A DNA stretch of 64,000 bases, taken from assembly GCA_000182565.2 (NCBI GenBank), contig KQ257460.1; one strand, 5' to 3'. Source of the stretch: Spizellomyces punctatus DAOM BR117. Its lineage: Eukaryota. Below the pieces are notes generated by a model. The model saw only the letters and a program-made list of their open reading frames with translations. It searched no databases and was not told where the DNA came from. This document shows, piece after piece, positions 63,685-64,000 of the stretch (its first letter is position 1; each line of letters starts with the position of its first letter). The translations under genes and the position numbers were made by a program.

Positions 63685-64000
63685 AGCGATATCTGGCCTG
63701 GTGCAGACGGCGAGTACACATAAAGCTTCCAACGGTAGATTTGAATCAAGCAGAGTGGCTACCGTCAAGTGGTATGTCAGTTTTGGAGAGATGGATGGAG
63801 ATGTCCATTGGGGTCCGTTTTAAGAATGGATGTGAAAACCGTTCTTGTTGATTTTGAGGCCAATGGAGTAGGCGGCAAGGCCATTATCAGTCATTTTGAA
63901 ATTCTTGGAGTATGGTGATTGTGACGGGTCCGATGGCAGGAGATGGTCCAGCGTTCGGAGGTCATTGACAAACAACAGCAATCAAGATTCCATTGGTTTC
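63685..64000 (-). mobile_element. Degenerate Ty1/copia LTR-retrotransposon reverse transcriptase fragment
   Basis: Broken frames read LLLFVNDL (YVDD-like), FKMTDNGLAAYSIGLKI, TPMD, FKSTVGSFM / LAVCTRPDIAF, with stops and frameshifts. Confidence 0.75.

Overview
Eukaryotic, intron-rich, gene-dense fungal DNA. Short GT-AG introns, fungal elongation factor eEF3, a Gcn4/CpcA-type bZIP and a probable centriole gene point to a zoosporic (chytrid-like) fungus; this placement is inference. About 22 protein genes are supported: TRA1/TRRAP (3'-truncated), CaMKK, class I cyclic-nucleotide PDE, eEF3, ABC1/UbiB kinase, alpha-actinin, NOT3/5, ING-PHD, a cAMP-receptor-like GPCR, a Pro/Ser/Thr-rich single-pass membrane protein, Dma1-type FHA-RING, USP, F-box/LRR, GH37 trehalase, an orphan multi-TM receptor-like protein, a small NTF2/SnoaL-like protein, GCN4-like bZIP, an RGS-TM (Rax1-like) protein, a Pro-rich orphan, EAF3/MRG15, a CBS-domain protein and a STIL/Ana2-like protein. 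The window also holds tRNA-Val(TAC) and a degenerate Ty1/copia RT relic. The most interesting signals are: (1) a small gene whose C-terminus carries both STAN-like and TIM-like motifs of the animal centriole-duplication factor STIL/Ana2/SAS-5; (2) a short-uORF1 / long-uORF2 leader on the GCN4-like gene, resembling cpc-1/ATF4 delayed reinitiation; (3) a 7-nt microexon and a GC-AG intron that are needed to keep frame; (4) an orientation-independent alternation of CA-rich and GT-rich blocks. Exon boundaries were read by eye and no database searches were run.
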